This document shows positions 41,130 to 50,687 of a stretch of 64,000 nt of DNA, in pieces. Both the position numbers and the translations under genes were made by a program. Within the stretch, counting starts at the first letter, position 1. Every line of letters starts with the position of its first letter. Source of the DNA: Acidimicrobiales bacterium (lineage in GTDB: Bacteria; Actinomycetota; Acidimicrobiia; Acidimicrobiales; SZUA-35); contig CBDCGK010000004.1 in NCBI GenBank assembly GCA_965216675.1, positions 4,482,398 through 4,546,397 of the forward strand. The letters run 5' to 3'. The notes under the pieces were generated by a model. It made no database searches, had not been told where the DNA came from, and saw only the letters and a program-made list of their open reading frames with translations.

Positions 41130-42038
41130 ATGAGTCCCGTGCCAGCCACCGGATCGCCGAGCGATCGCCCCGCCGCCAAACCCGCTGCAAAGCGGTCGGC
41201 CTCGCAGAAGGTCCAGGGCTCGAAGACCTCTTCGTCGAAGAAGGCGGTCAAGAAGAAGCCCGCGACCAAGAAGAAACCGGTGACCAAGAAGGCGGCTACG
41301 AAGAAGAAGCCGGCGACCAAGAAGGCGGCTACGAAGAAGAAGGCGGTCGCGAAGAAGCAAGCCGCCAAGGCGGTCGAGAAGAAGCCTGCCGTCAAGAAGC
41401 GGGCCGCCACCACGAAGAAGCCGGCTACGAAGAAGAAGGCGGTCGCGAAGAAGCAGGCCGCCAAGAAGGCGGCGAAGAAGAAGACACCGTTCAGGAAGAA
41501 GGCCGTCACGAAGACACCGACGGCCCGGAACTCCGTGATCACCAAACGGGCCACACGCAAACGGCCGGCCGTCAGATCTCGCCCGGCCAGGCCGCTGATC
41601 GGTTGGAGGGAATGGGTCGTGCTTCCCGACTTCACCTCGACACCGATCAAGGCCAAGGTCGACAGCGGGGCCGTGACCTCGTCGATCCACGCCTTCAACC
41701 TGCAGCTCATCACCGACGGCGATCAGACGATCGCCCGCTTCGGGGTCGCCCCGCGGCAGGGATCACACGCGGAGAAGACTGCGGTCGAGTGCCCGGTGGT
41801 CGGGTTCAAGAAGGTCCGGTCGTCGAACGGCCAAGCCGAGTTGCGGCCGGTCGTTCGAACCCACGCCGTCATCGGTGAGAAATCGTTCGAGATCGACATC
41901 ACGTTGGCCTCCAGAGACGCGATGGGATTCCGTATGCTGTTGGGGAGAAAAGCCGTGCGCAACCGATTCGTGATCGATCCAGGGCGCTCCTTTCTCCAGC
42001 CGGCCACCTTCGAAGATGTGCCGGAGACCGATCGCTGA
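41130..42038 (+). CDS. RimK-associated retropepsin-like protease (RimB-like) with N-terminal histone-H1-like Lys/Ala repeats
   Basis: IGWREWV, AKVDSGAVTSSIHA, VRSSNG..RPVV, RDAMGFRMLLGR, IDPGRSF. KKPATKK/KKAATKK repeats upstream. Start may be GTG 41139. Confidence 0.85.
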   Translation: MSPVPATGSPSDRPAAKPAAKRSASQKVQGSKTSSSKKAVKKKPATKKKPVTKKAATKKKPATKKAATKKKAVAKKQAAKAVEKKPAVKKRAATTKKPATKKKAVAKKQAAKKAAKKKTPFRKKAVTKTPTARNSVITKRATRKRPAVRSRPARPLIGWREWVVLPDFTSTPIKAKVDSGAVTSSIHAFNLQLITDGDQTIARFGVAPRQGSHAEKTAVECPVVGFKKVRSSNGQAELRPVVRTHAVIGEKSFEIDITLASRDAMGFRMLLGRKAVRNRFVIDPGRSFLQPATFEDVPETDR

Positions 42039-42074
42039 ATTGCCTACGACCGTGAAAGGGGTTGAACGGGCCCG

Positions 42075-43304
42075 ATGAAACTCGCCGTGCTCTCGCGCCA
42101 GTCCCGGTCCTACAGCACCCGGCGTCTGGTTGCCGCCGCTCACGAACGTGGCCACGAGGTCGAGATCCTCGACACCCTCCGGCTGGCCCTGGACCTGTCC
42201 GGCGACCATCACGACCTCCTCTATCGCGGCCGTCACGTGGCCGACTACGACGCCATCCTGCCCCGAATCGGCGCCTCGATCACGTTCTACGGCATGGCCG
42301 TCGTCCGCCAGTTCGAGCAGATGGACGTCTACACCGCGACCACGGCCGACGCCATCGCCAACTCCCGCGACAAGTTGCGATCGATCCAGCTCCTGGCCCG
42401 CAATTTGATTCCCATTCCCGACACCACCTTCGTCCGTGATCGTGGCGACGTTCGACCGGCCATCGAACGGGTCGGGGGTGCACCGGTGGTTATCAAACTA
42501 CTGGAGGGAACCCAGGGCATCGGCGTGATCCTGGCCCCCGAGGCCAATGTGGCCGAGACGGTCATCGAGACCCTTCAATGGACGAAACAGAACGTCCTGA
42601 TCCAGCGGTTTGTTTCCGAGAGCCGGGGGCGCGACATCCGGGCCCTGGTGGTCGGCGATCAGGTGATCGCATCGATGCGTCGTATCGGCAAGGGCGACGA
42701 GTTCCGGTCCAACGTGCACCGCGGTGGCCGAACCGAGCCGGTCGAGCTCGACGACCGGTCGAAGCGGATCGCGGTGCGGGCCGCCCACACCATGGGACTC
42801 CGGGTGGCCGGAGTCGACATGCTGGAGGGCGCCAACGGCCCGCTGGTCATCGAGGTCAACTCTTCGCCCGGGCTGGAAGGCATCGAGGGGGCCACCGACC
42901 TCGACGTGGCCGGTGCCATCATCGACTACATCGCCAGCCAGGTCACCTTTCCCGATCTCGACGTCCGCCAGCGCCTGGCCAACACGCCCGGCTACGGCGT
43001 GGCCGGACTGTACGTGGGGCCGGGGGCCGATCTGATCGACCAGACGATCCGAGTCGGTCTGCGCGACCGTGACATCTCCGTGCTGACGTTGGTGCGGGGC
43101 GAACACGTGATCCCCAATCCCCGGGAAGACCGCGTGTTGGAGGTCGATGACCGACTGCTCTGCTTCGGCAAACTGTCGGAGATGCGATCGTTGATCCCGG
43201 CCCGCCGCCGCCGGCGGGCCCGGCCCAAACCCCAGCCTCTACCGCCGGATCCCTTCGCCGACGCCGTGGCGGAGATGCCGAGAATGGTCGTCCATGGCGC
43301 CTAG
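42075..43304 (+). CDS. rimK: RimK-family alpha-L-glutamate ligase with C-terminal TrkA_C domain
   Basis: YSTRRL, PRIGASITFYG, SRDKLRS, KLLEGTQGIGV, FRSNVHRGG, EVNSSPGLEGIE. Confidence 0.9.
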   Translation: MKLAVLSRQSRSYSTRRLVAAAHERGHEVEILDTLRLALDLSGDHHDLLYRGRHVADYDAILPRIGASITFYGMAVVRQFEQMDVYTATTADAIANSRDKLRSIQLLARNLIPIPDTTFVRDRGDVRPAIERVGGAPVVIKLLEGTQGIGVILAPEANVAETVIETLQWTKQNVLIQRFVSESRGRDIRALVVGDQVIASMRRIGKGDEFRSNVHRGGRTEPVELDDRSKRIAVRAAHTMGLRVAGVDMLEGANGPLVIEVNSSPGLEGIEGATDLDVAGAIIDYIASQVTFPDLDVRQRLANTPGYGVAGLYVGPGADLIDQTIRVGLRDRDISVLTLVRGEHVIPNPREDRVLEVDDRLLCFGKLSEMRSLIPARRRRRARPKPQPLPPDPFADAVAEMPRMVVHGA

Positions 43305-44259
43305 GAAGAAGCGGGCCCCGTTCACCATCGCCGGCACCGAGGTTCCGGCCGGGAAGCGGATGTCGCTGGAGCTGCCGTACGCCCGACTGGTATCGGGTTC
43401 GACCGTGGCCGCGCCGCTGGTCGTGCTTCACGGCCGCCAGGACGGTCCGGTCGTCTGGGTCAGCTCCACCGTCCACGGCGACGAGATCAACGGCATCGAG
43501 ATCATCAGGGAGGTACTCGGTCACCTGAACATCCGGCACATCTCCGGTACCCTCATCGCCGCCCCGATCGTGAACGTCCACGGCTTCATCGCCGGAAACA
43601 GAACCCTGCCCGACGGACGTGACCTCAACCGGTCGTTTCCCGGATCGGCCCGAGGGTCGATGGCATCACGCATCGCCGACATTTTCATCAAAGAAGTGGT
43701 CAGCCGATGCGACTGCGGGATCGACCTCCACACCGGCTCGGGCAATCGAGTGAATTGGCCCCAGATCCGGGCCGGCCTCGACGACGAGCCGACGCTCGAG
43801 CTGGCCAAGGTTTTCGGCGCCCCGATCGTGATCAACGCCAAGATCCGCGACGGCTCACTCCGGCAGGCAGCATCGGAGAACGGTGCCGTTGCGCTGTTGT
43901 TCGAAGGCGGTGAGGCGAACCGGTTCGACCGCGAGTCGATCGAGGTCGGCGTTGCCGGTATTCGTCGCAGCCTCGCCCACATCGGATTGACGCCCCCGGT
44001 CGAACTCCCGTCCGAGCCCCCGCTGATCGCTCAGACGTCGAAGTGGACCCGTTCGTCACGGAGCGGGATCCTCCACCTGGATGTGGAACTCGGTGATCGG
44101 GTCGAGCAGGGCGACGTCATCGCCGCCCTCCACGATCCGTTCGGGAAGCGGCTGAGCCGGATCAAGGCCCGTTCCGGCGGCGTCGTCATCGGCCGGACCC
44201 ACTCGGCGTTGATCCATCAGGGTGAGGCCATCGTCCACATCGCCGAGCTCGACGACTGA
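43294..44259 (+). CDS. Succinylglutamate desuccinylase/aspartoacylase-family (M14) protein
   Basis: HGDEING, DLNRSFPG, IDLHTG, FEGGE, C-terminal lipoyl-like domain. Confidence 0.88.
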   Translation: MAPRKKRAPFTIAGTEVPAGKRMSLELPYARLVSGSTVAAPLVVLHGRQDGPVVWVSSTVHGDEINGIEIIREVLGHLNIRHISGTLIAAPIVNVHGFIAGNRTLPDGRDLNRSFPGSARGSMASRIADIFIKEVVSRCDCGIDLHTGSGNRVNWPQIRAGLDDEPTLELAKVFGAPIVINAKIRDGSLRQAASENGAVALLFEGGEANRFDRESIEVGVAGIRRSLAHIGLTPPVELPSEPPLIAQTSKWTRSSRSGILHLDVELGDRVEQGDVIAALHDPFGKRLSRIKARSGGVVIGRTHSALIHQGEAIVHIAELDD

Positions 44260-44322
44260 TCAATCCGCCGCGACGACGGGTGGGGTGACGGAGCGAGCCG
44301 CCCGGCGACCCCGGGCGGGGAA

Positions 44323-45066
44323 TCAGGCGGTGACCGGTGTGTTGTCGAGCAGGAAATCCTCGACCTTGGCCATCGCCACCTTGCGAGCCGGCTCCTCTTT
44401 CCAGGACTCGATCACCGCCGAGTTCGACGCCGCTTCGGCCAACGCCCGTGACGCCGACGTGGGGTGATAGAGATCGTCACCGACGAGCACCAGGATCGGG
44501 GTGTCGACGGCGGCGAACGCCTCGGGGGTGACCGAGAAGAACTGCTTGTCACCTCCGTACATGTTCTCACCGAAGGCGGTCCAGGCGTCGTCCTTCACGT
44601 CGGGCCGCTTGGGCTTCAACTCGTCGGCCCAGCCCTTGAACATCTCGAAGAACGCTTCGCGGTTGTCGTCGAGCCCGATCGTCTGGAGAATCACCGCGGA
44701 TGCAATTCGCTCCGGAGCGGCCGACAGCAGGCCGCCGATGTAGGAGCCGCCAATGCACATGCCGACGACATGGAACCGACCAATGCCCAGATGGTTCATG
44801 AGTGCCAGCTGATCCTCGGTGTAGGTGTGCCAGCCGTCATCCGCGGTGATCGGACCGGTGGATCGGCCGGCGTTGCGCTGGTCCATGGCGATGACCCGAT
44901 GATTGGCGGCCAGCTGGCGAATCGGGTTCCACGGAGCGTTCTGCCAGGCCGACAACGTCGATCGCATGCCGCCGGGCGCGATCAACAGGACCGGAAACCC
45001 TTCACCTTCATCCTCGTAGTAGAGGCTGACGATTCCTGTCTCGGTTGCGCGCTCATAGCTGGGCAT
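44323..45066 (-). CDS. Alpha/beta hydrolase with Cys nucleophile
   Basis: MDQRNAGRS, GMCIGG elbow, GDDLYHP. TACAAT lies 7 nt before the ATG. Confidence 0.82.
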   Translation of the reverse strand: MPSYERATETGIVSLYYEDEGEGFPVLLIAPGGMRSTLSAWQNAPWNPIRQLAANHRVIAMDQRNAGRSTGPITADDGWHTYTEDQLALMNHLGIGRFHVVGMCIGGSYIGGLLSAAPERIASAVILQTIGLDDNREAFFEMFKGWADELKPKRPDVKDDAWTAFGENMYGGDKQFFSVTPEAFAAVDTPILVLVGDDLYHPTSASRALAEAASNSAVIESWKEEPARKVAMAKVEDFLLDNTPVTA

Positions 45067-45147
45067 GCCTCAGATTGTAGTAACCGCCGTCGCCGTGGGT
45101 GCGCCCGATCGAATGGTTCACTCCGATGACACCCGATACGGTTTGTC

Positions 45148-45405
45148 ATGGCTGAACTCACGTTGGCGGGCCGAGCGGGACGCACCCATCTGGTCGCAAC
45201 TTTCGCCTCGACCCTCAACGGTTGTCCGTACTGCACCCACGGCCCCGCATACGCGCTGGAACTCCACTATTTCGCCGAACGAGATGAGCTGTTGCCGGTC
45301 GACGAGCGCCAGATCCAGGGGTGGTGCGCGCTCGACGACGAAATCAACAAGAACGCGGAACTCCGCCGCCGCTATGCCGAGCGCCGGCGCGAACGGGCAG
45401 GCTGA
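45148..45405 (+). pseudogene. Short or fragmentary CMD/AhpD-like CxxC protein
   Basis: ATFASTLNGCPYCTHG..ALELHYF. Only 85 aa and no clear RBS. Confidence 0.45.
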
Positions 45406-45600
45406 CACGCGGGTGAACAACCCCACGGTCACCGTGGATTTCACCAGGCGGAACCCGGGTCGACTGAAGGACGAAATTCCGAGATCAACGCTGGCCAACC
45501 AGGTGAACAACCGATAGTCTCTGGCGAACTGCTCGATCGAGCGGGGGACGATGGCCGGGTCCGGAGCCCCGGCTGATGCGACGTTATTCGGTAGGTGTCC

Positions 45601-47163
45601 ATGACCGACGCAGGTCAACGAAGCGATCGCCGGGGTCGACGCCGCCGGAATCGAGGCTCGGACGGCAACGGGCACGGGCCCTCCCCGGTGGAGCAACCGG
45701 CAGCCGGTCAGCCGAAGCGGCTGATGAAGCCGGCCGAGTTGCTGTCGGCCGATCAGATCGAGGCCGTGCACCAGGCATCGGTCACGGTGCTTCGCGACAC
45801 CGGCATGGACGTGTTGAACGCCGAGGCCCGTCGCCTTCTGGCCGCGAACGGTGCCACCGTCACCGACGAGCGGGTGCGGTTCGACCCGGAGATGATCGAC
45901 GACTTCGTCGGCTCGGCCCCGGCCGAGTTCGACCTCCACGCCCGGAATCCGGACCGCACTCTTCGCATCGGCGGCCCGTGGGTGGCGTTTTCCGCCGTGG
46001 CCAGCGCGCCCAACGTGTCCGATGTGGCCGGCGGTCGCCGGACCGGCAATCGGGCCGACCACGCCAACCTCGTTCGTCTGGCCCAGGTGCTGAACACCGT
46101 CCACCTCCTCGGTGGCTACCCGGTCGAGCCGACCGACGTCCACGCGTCGGTCCGGCACCTGCACGCCACCCACGATCAGCTGGTTCTGAGCGACAAGCCG
46201 ATCCACGCCTACAGCCTCGGCGCTCAGCGGAACCGTGACTGCCTGGAGATGGTCCGGATCGCCCGGGGCATAAGCCATGAGCAGCTTGACACCGAGCCCT
46301 CCATCATCTCGATCATCAACACCTCCTCCCCGTTGCGGCTCGACGACCCGATGGCCCAGGGGATCATCGAGTACTCGTCCCGCAACCAGCTGATCGTGAT
46401 CACGCCGTTCACCCTGGCCGGAGCGATGGCCCCGATCACCCTCGCCGGCGCATTGGTCCAGCAGAACGCCGAGGCGCTGGCCGGCATCGTGTTCTCCCAG
46501 GTGGTGCGCCGAGGTGCTCCGGTGATGTATGGCGGATTCACCTCCAATGTCGACATGAAGTCCGGGTCACCGGCCTTCGGCACCCCCGAGTATCTGAAGG
46601 CGGCGATCGTCGGCGGCCAGCTGGCCCGCCGATACAACGTGCCCTACCGGTCCTCCAACGTGAACGCAGGCAACGCCCTCGACGCCCAGTCGGCGTACGA
46701 GTCGGTGTTCTCACTGTGGGGGGCGATCACCGGCGGGGCCAATCTGGTGAAACATGCGGCCGGTTGGATGGAGGGCGGACTCGTGGCCTCCTTCGAGAAG
46801 ATGGTGCTCGACGCCGACCTGCTCGGCATGGTCACCGAATTCCTCCGACCGATCGACCTCGATCCGGAGGCGCTTGCCGTCGCCGCCATCGACGAGGTCG
46901 GCCCCGGTGGGCACTTCTTCGGCATCGGTCACACCCAGGACCGGTACCGCACGGCCTTCTTCCATCCGATGCTGTCGGACTGGCGGAACTACGAGTCGTG
47001 GGTCGAAGCGGGCTCGCCGACCACCGACAAGAAGATGTCGGAGTTGGTCGAGAGACTGCTGGCCGAACACGTCGACCCGCCGATGGACCCCGACCGCAGG
47101 GCCGAACTCGACGAGTTCCTGGCCCGCCGAGTAGCCGAAGGTGGCGTGGCCACCGATTTCTGA
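45601..47163 (+). CDS. Non-pyrrolysine MttB-family methyltransferase (glycine betaine MtgB-like)
   Basis: INTSSPLRLD, TPFTLAGAMAPITLAG, NVDMKSGSPAFGTPE, HAAGWMEGGL, VGPGGHF. No in-frame TAG. Confidence 0.9.
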   Translation: MTDAGQRSDRRGRRRRNRGSDGNGHGPSPVEQPAAGQPKRLMKPAELLSADQIEAVHQASVTVLRDTGMDVLNAEARRLLAANGATVTDERVRFDPEMIDDFVGSAPAEFDLHARNPDRTLRIGGPWVAFSAVASAPNVSDVAGGRRTGNRADHANLVRLAQVLNTVHLLGGYPVEPTDVHASVRHLHATHDQLVLSDKPIHAYSLGAQRNRDCLEMVRIARGISHEQLDTEPSIISIINTSSPLRLDDPMAQGIIEYSSRNQLIVITPFTLAGAMAPITLAGALVQQNAEALAGIVFSQVVRRGAPVMYGGFTSNVDMKSGSPAFGTPEYLKAAIVGGQLARRYNVPYRSSNVNAGNALDAQSAYESVFSLWGAITGGANLVKHAAGWMEGGLVASFEKMVLDADLLGMVTEFLRPIDLDPEALAVAAIDEVGPGGHFFGIGHTQDRYRTAFFHPMLSDWRNYESWVEAGSPTTDKKMSELVERLLAEHVDPPMDPDRRAELDEFLARRVAEGGVATDF

Positions 47164-47215
47164 GAAGCCGATCCGGATCGCGTTCGGCGTATCCGACGAA
47201 AACGACAGGAGACCC

Positions 47216-49786
47216 ATGAAGACTTCGGCCCAAGTGGTGGTCATCGGCGGTGGCGTGGTCGGAGCGAGCGTGCTCTACCACCTGACCCGCAACGGCTGGA
47301 CCGACGTGGTGCTGCTGGAACGCGACGAGTTGACCGCCGGGTCGACCTGGCATTCGGCCGGAGGCATGCACACCCTCAACGGCGACCCCAACGTGGCCAA
47401 ACTGCAGCAGTACACGATCGAGCTCTACCGCGAGATCGAGGAGTTGTCGGGCCGGGACTGCGGGATCCACATCACCGGCGGCTGCCTGCTGGCCGACACG
47501 CCCGAACGGCTCGACTGGCTGAAGATGGCCCACGCCCGGGGTCGCTATCTGGGCATGGAGACCGAGCTGATCTCGCTCGACGACGCCAAGGCCAAGATGC
47601 CGTTCATGGACACCAGCTACTTCGTCGGGGCCATGTGGGACGCCCACGAGGGCCATGTCGATCCGACCGGGGTCACGAACGCCTATGCCACCGTGGCCCG
47701 CAACAATGGAGCCGAGGTGTACCGCAAGGCGTGGGCCCAGGCGATCACGCCGGTCGACGGCCCCGGGGGCCCCGCCGACGCCGGAGTCGACGGCCGCTGG
47801 GATGTGCATGTCCACGATCCGGCGACCGGCGAGTCGAAAGGGGTCATCCGCTGCGAGCACGTCGTGAACGCCGGGGGTCTGTGGGCCCGCGAGGTCGGTC
47901 GGATGGTGGGAATCGAGTTGCCGCTCCTGGCCATGGAACACATGTACCTCATCACCGAACCGATCCCGGAGCTGGCCGAGTTCAACGCCGCCTTCGGCGA
48001 GATGAGCCACGCCATCGACTTCGCCGGTGAGATCTACATGCGTCAGGAGGGGGAGGGGCTGCTGCTCGGCACCTACGAACGGAACTGTGTGCCCTGGTCA
48101 CCCGGTGATACCCCGTGGGATTTCGGCATGCGCCTGCTCACCCCGGACCTGGAACGGATCGCCGAGTCCCTCGACACGGGCTTCAAACACTTCCCGATCT
48201 TTGCCGAGGTCGGCATCAAGCAGGTGATCAACGGTCCATTCACGTTCGCTCCCGACGGCAACCCGCTGCTCGGACCGGTGCGGGGTCTGCCCGGTTTCTG
48301 GTCGGCCTGCGCGGTGATGGCCGGGCTGTCCCAGGGCGGCGGCGTCGGTCTGGCACTGGCCAATTGGATGACCGACGGTGATCCCGGCTTCGACGTGTGG
48401 GGGATGGACATCGCCCGCTTCGGTGATTTCGCCACCAAATCGTGGACCCACACCAAGGTCCGCGAGAACTACTCCCGACGGTTCCGGATCCAGTTTCCGA
48501 ACGAGTTCCTGCCTGAAGGTCGGAGCCTCCAGACGTCACCGGTCCACGACAAGCTGTCGGCCGCCAACGCCGTCTGGGGCAACGGGTTCGGGCTGGAGTC
48601 GGCCCTGTGGTTCCAGGCCGACGGCCTCGAGCCGACCGAGGACGTCACCTTCGGTCGCTCCAACGCCTGGGATCGGGTCCGGGCCGAGACGCTGGCGGTC
48701 CGCAGTGGTGTCGGGATGATGGAGACCACGGGGTTCTCCAAGTTCGAATTCACCGGCCCCGGCGCCAGGGCCTTCCTCGATCACCTGAGTACCAACACCG
48801 TGCCCCGGCCGGGCCGCATGGCGCTGGCCCCCATGGTCAACCACAACGGCAAGCTGATCGGGGATCTGACCATCGCCTGTCTGTCCGGTGCCGCCGGCGA
48901 ACCGCTCGGGCCGGCGTCGACGGTGACCGCCGGCGCCACCGCCAACACCACCCGTCACGAGCGATTCGTGGTCTTCGGATCGGGGATCGCCGAACGTTAC
49001 TACGAGCGCTGGTTCGATCGGGCGCTCGCCGCCTTCGACTCCTCATCGGTGGGCCCGGTCGCCTGCCGCACGCTCGGCTACGACCTGTGTGGGCTCTCGA
49101 TCGCCGGACCGAAGGCCCGGGACGTCCTGGCCTCGGTCACCGACGAGGACGTCTCGAACGAGGCCTTCCGGTTCATGGCCTTCCGCTCGATGAACGTCGG
49201 CTGGGCTCCCGTGTGGTGCGGTCGGGTCAGCTTCACCGGCGACCTCGGCTACGAGCTGTGGATGCCGTCGTCGTATCAACGGTACGTCTTCGATCTTCTG
49301 ACCGCGGCAGGAGCCGAACACGGGATGGGGCTGTTCGGTCTCCACGCCCTGAACTCCCTGCGACTCGACAAGAGCTTCGGGGGTTGGGCCCGGGAATACC
49401 GGCCGATCTATGATCCCTACGAAGCCGGTCTCGGCCGGTTCGTGAAGCTCGAAACGCAGTTCATCGGCCGCGATTCGCTAGCCGCGGCGGCCGAAGCCGG
49501 GCCTGGGCGGCGCCTACTCACCTGGACCGTCGACACCGAACCGGGCACCGCCGGGGCCGACGTGATCGGCGACGAACCCGTGTGGTACGACGGCGAGGTG
49601 GTCGGCTGGGTCACCTCGGGTGGTTACGCCCACCATTCCGACACCTCCGTCGCCCTCGGCTACGTGCCGGCGGAGCTGGAGGGCGCAGCGGGACGGTTCG
49701 AAATCGAGGTGGTCGGTGATCGGCGCTCCGCCGAGCTCGTCGACGGTTGCCTCTGGGATCCTGAGGCCACGCGTATGCGGGCATGA
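47216..49786 (+). CDS. Dimethylglycine/sarcosine dehydrogenase-like FAD oxidoreductase with GcvT domain
   Basis: VIGGGVVG, GSTWHSAG, NGPFTFAPDGNP, RVSFTGDLGYEL, SLRLDK, VTSGGY. AGGAG RBS. Confidence 0.9.
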   Translation: MKTSAQVVVIGGGVVGASVLYHLTRNGWTDVVLLERDELTAGSTWHSAGGMHTLNGDPNVAKLQQYTIELYREIEELSGRDCGIHITGGCLLADTPERLDWLKMAHARGRYLGMETELISLDDAKAKMPFMDTSYFVGAMWDAHEGHVDPTGVTNAYATVARNNGAEVYRKAWAQAITPVDGPGGPADAGVDGRWDVHVHDPATGESKGVIRCEHVVNAGGLWAREVGRMVGIELPLLAMEHMYLITEPIPELAEFNAAFGEMSHAIDFAGEIYMRQEGEGLLLGTYERNCVPWSPGDTPWDFGMRLLTPDLERIAESLDTGFKHFPIFAEVGIKQVINGPFTFAPDGNPLLGPVRGLPGFWSACAVMAGLSQGGGVGLALANWMTDGDPGFDVWGMDIARFGDFATKSWTHTKVRENYSRRFRIQFPNEFLPEGRSLQTSPVHDKLSAANAVWGNGFGLESALWFQADGLEPTEDVTFGRSNAWDRVRAETLAVRSGVGMMETTGFSKFEFTGPGARAFLDHLSTNTVPRPGRMALAPMVNHNGKLIGDLTIACLSGAAGEPLGPASTVTAGATANTTRHERFVVFGSGIAERYYERWFDRALAAFDSSSVGPVACRTLGYDLCGLSIAGPKARDVLASVTDEDVSNEAFRFMAFRSMNVGWAPVWCGRVSFTGDLGYELWMPSSYQRYVFDLLTAAGAEHGMGLFGLHALNSLRLDKSFGGWAREYRPIYDPYEAGLGRFVKLETQFIGRDSLAAAAEAGPGRRLLTWTVDTEPGTAGADVIGDEPVWYDGEVVGWVTSGGYAHHSDTSVALGYVPAELEGAAGRFEIEVVGDRRSAELVDGCLWDPEATRMRA

Positions 49787-50682
49787 CCGCCGGCCGACTC
49801 GCCGTGTTCACCATCGCCTGGATGGTGGCGGCCGGCTGCGGGTGGGAGCAGAACCGCGGACCCCGATCCCAAACCTACGGAGGCGACGAAGCGGCCGACC
49901 CGGTCGTCGTCGACGGTCAACCGGTCGTTGTTGATCGGGTGGTCGACGGTGACTCGATCGAGTTGACGGTCGAGGGCGCGGAGGTCGAGCTGCGACTGGA
50001 GGGCTACAACGCTCCGGAGTTGTACGCCGAACGCGACGGCGTCGACACGAAGACCTGCAACGGCGAGGCGGCCAAGGAGGCGACCATCGCGGTCATCGGC
50101 CAGTCGGCCTCCATCGAGCTGCTCGCCACCGGGGACGATCGCTTCGGTCGTACACTCGGCGATCTTCTCGTCGACGGCCGGTCCCTGGTCGATCGGCTGG
50201 TCGCCGACGGCCACGGTCTCGCCACCGGTGACGACTTCCGACGTCGGGAGGCGATGATGCAAGCGGCGGCGGTAGGTGTCGGCGTGTGGGGCGACGGCTG
50301 CGGTCGACCCCGGTCCGACCGTGTCGGAATCGGGGAGGTCCAGGTGGATGCCCCGGGCAATGATCGAAACAACCTGATCGAGGAGTACGTCCAGGTGGTC
50401 AACCTCGGTCCGGACGAGGTCGAACTCGACGGCTGGGTGCTACGAGACGACACGACCGGACACCGGTTCGAGCTATCGGGTCGCCTCGGCCCGGAAGCGA
50501 GGCTGACGGTCGTCACCGGTGGCGAGCGAACCGACTCCGACGTCTCGGGCTCCGGAACTCTCTATCTCGAGGAGTCCTTTCCGGTCTGGTCGAACGACTG
50601 GGAGACCGTCGTCCTCGTCGACCCCGACGGTGTGTTCGCCGATTGGCGGTTCGTCACCGACGGTGAGGTGCTGCTGGACTAG
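49783..50682 (+). CDS. Lipoprotein: thermonuclease (SNase) plus lamin-tail domain
   Basis: Lipobox VAAGC, VVDGDS, LRLEGYNAPE, DRFGRTLG, then EYVQVVN..LDGWVLRD..VWSND. Confidence 0.82.
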   Translation: MTAGRLAVFTIAWMVAAGCGWEQNRGPRSQTYGGDEAADPVVVDGQPVVVDRVVDGDSIELTVEGAEVELRLEGYNAPELYAERDGVDTKTCNGEAAKEATIAVIGQSASIELLATGDDRFGRTLGDLLVDGRSLVDRLVADGHGLATGDDFRRREAMMQAAAVGVGVWGDGCGRPRSDRVGIGEVQVDAPGNDRNNLIEEYVQVVNLGPDEVELDGWVLRDDTTGHRFELSGRLGPEARLTVVTGGERTDSDVSGSGTLYLEESFPVWSNDWETVVLVDPDGVFADWRFVTDGEVLLD

Positions 50683-50687
50683 GCGCC

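Noticed and set aside
41042-41713. Phe-rich hydrophobic N-terminal extension of the YgfK-like ORF
   Set aside because: It is the reverse complement of the AAG repeats of the rimB-like gene, and a clear promoter sits just before GTG 41041.
45127-45129. In-frame TGA upstream of the CPYC ORF as a second Sec codon
   Set aside because: No plausible upstream start, protein context or hairpin.
45601-47163. Pyrrolysine recoding in MttB
   Set aside because: The frame is uninterrupted, with no in-frame TAG.
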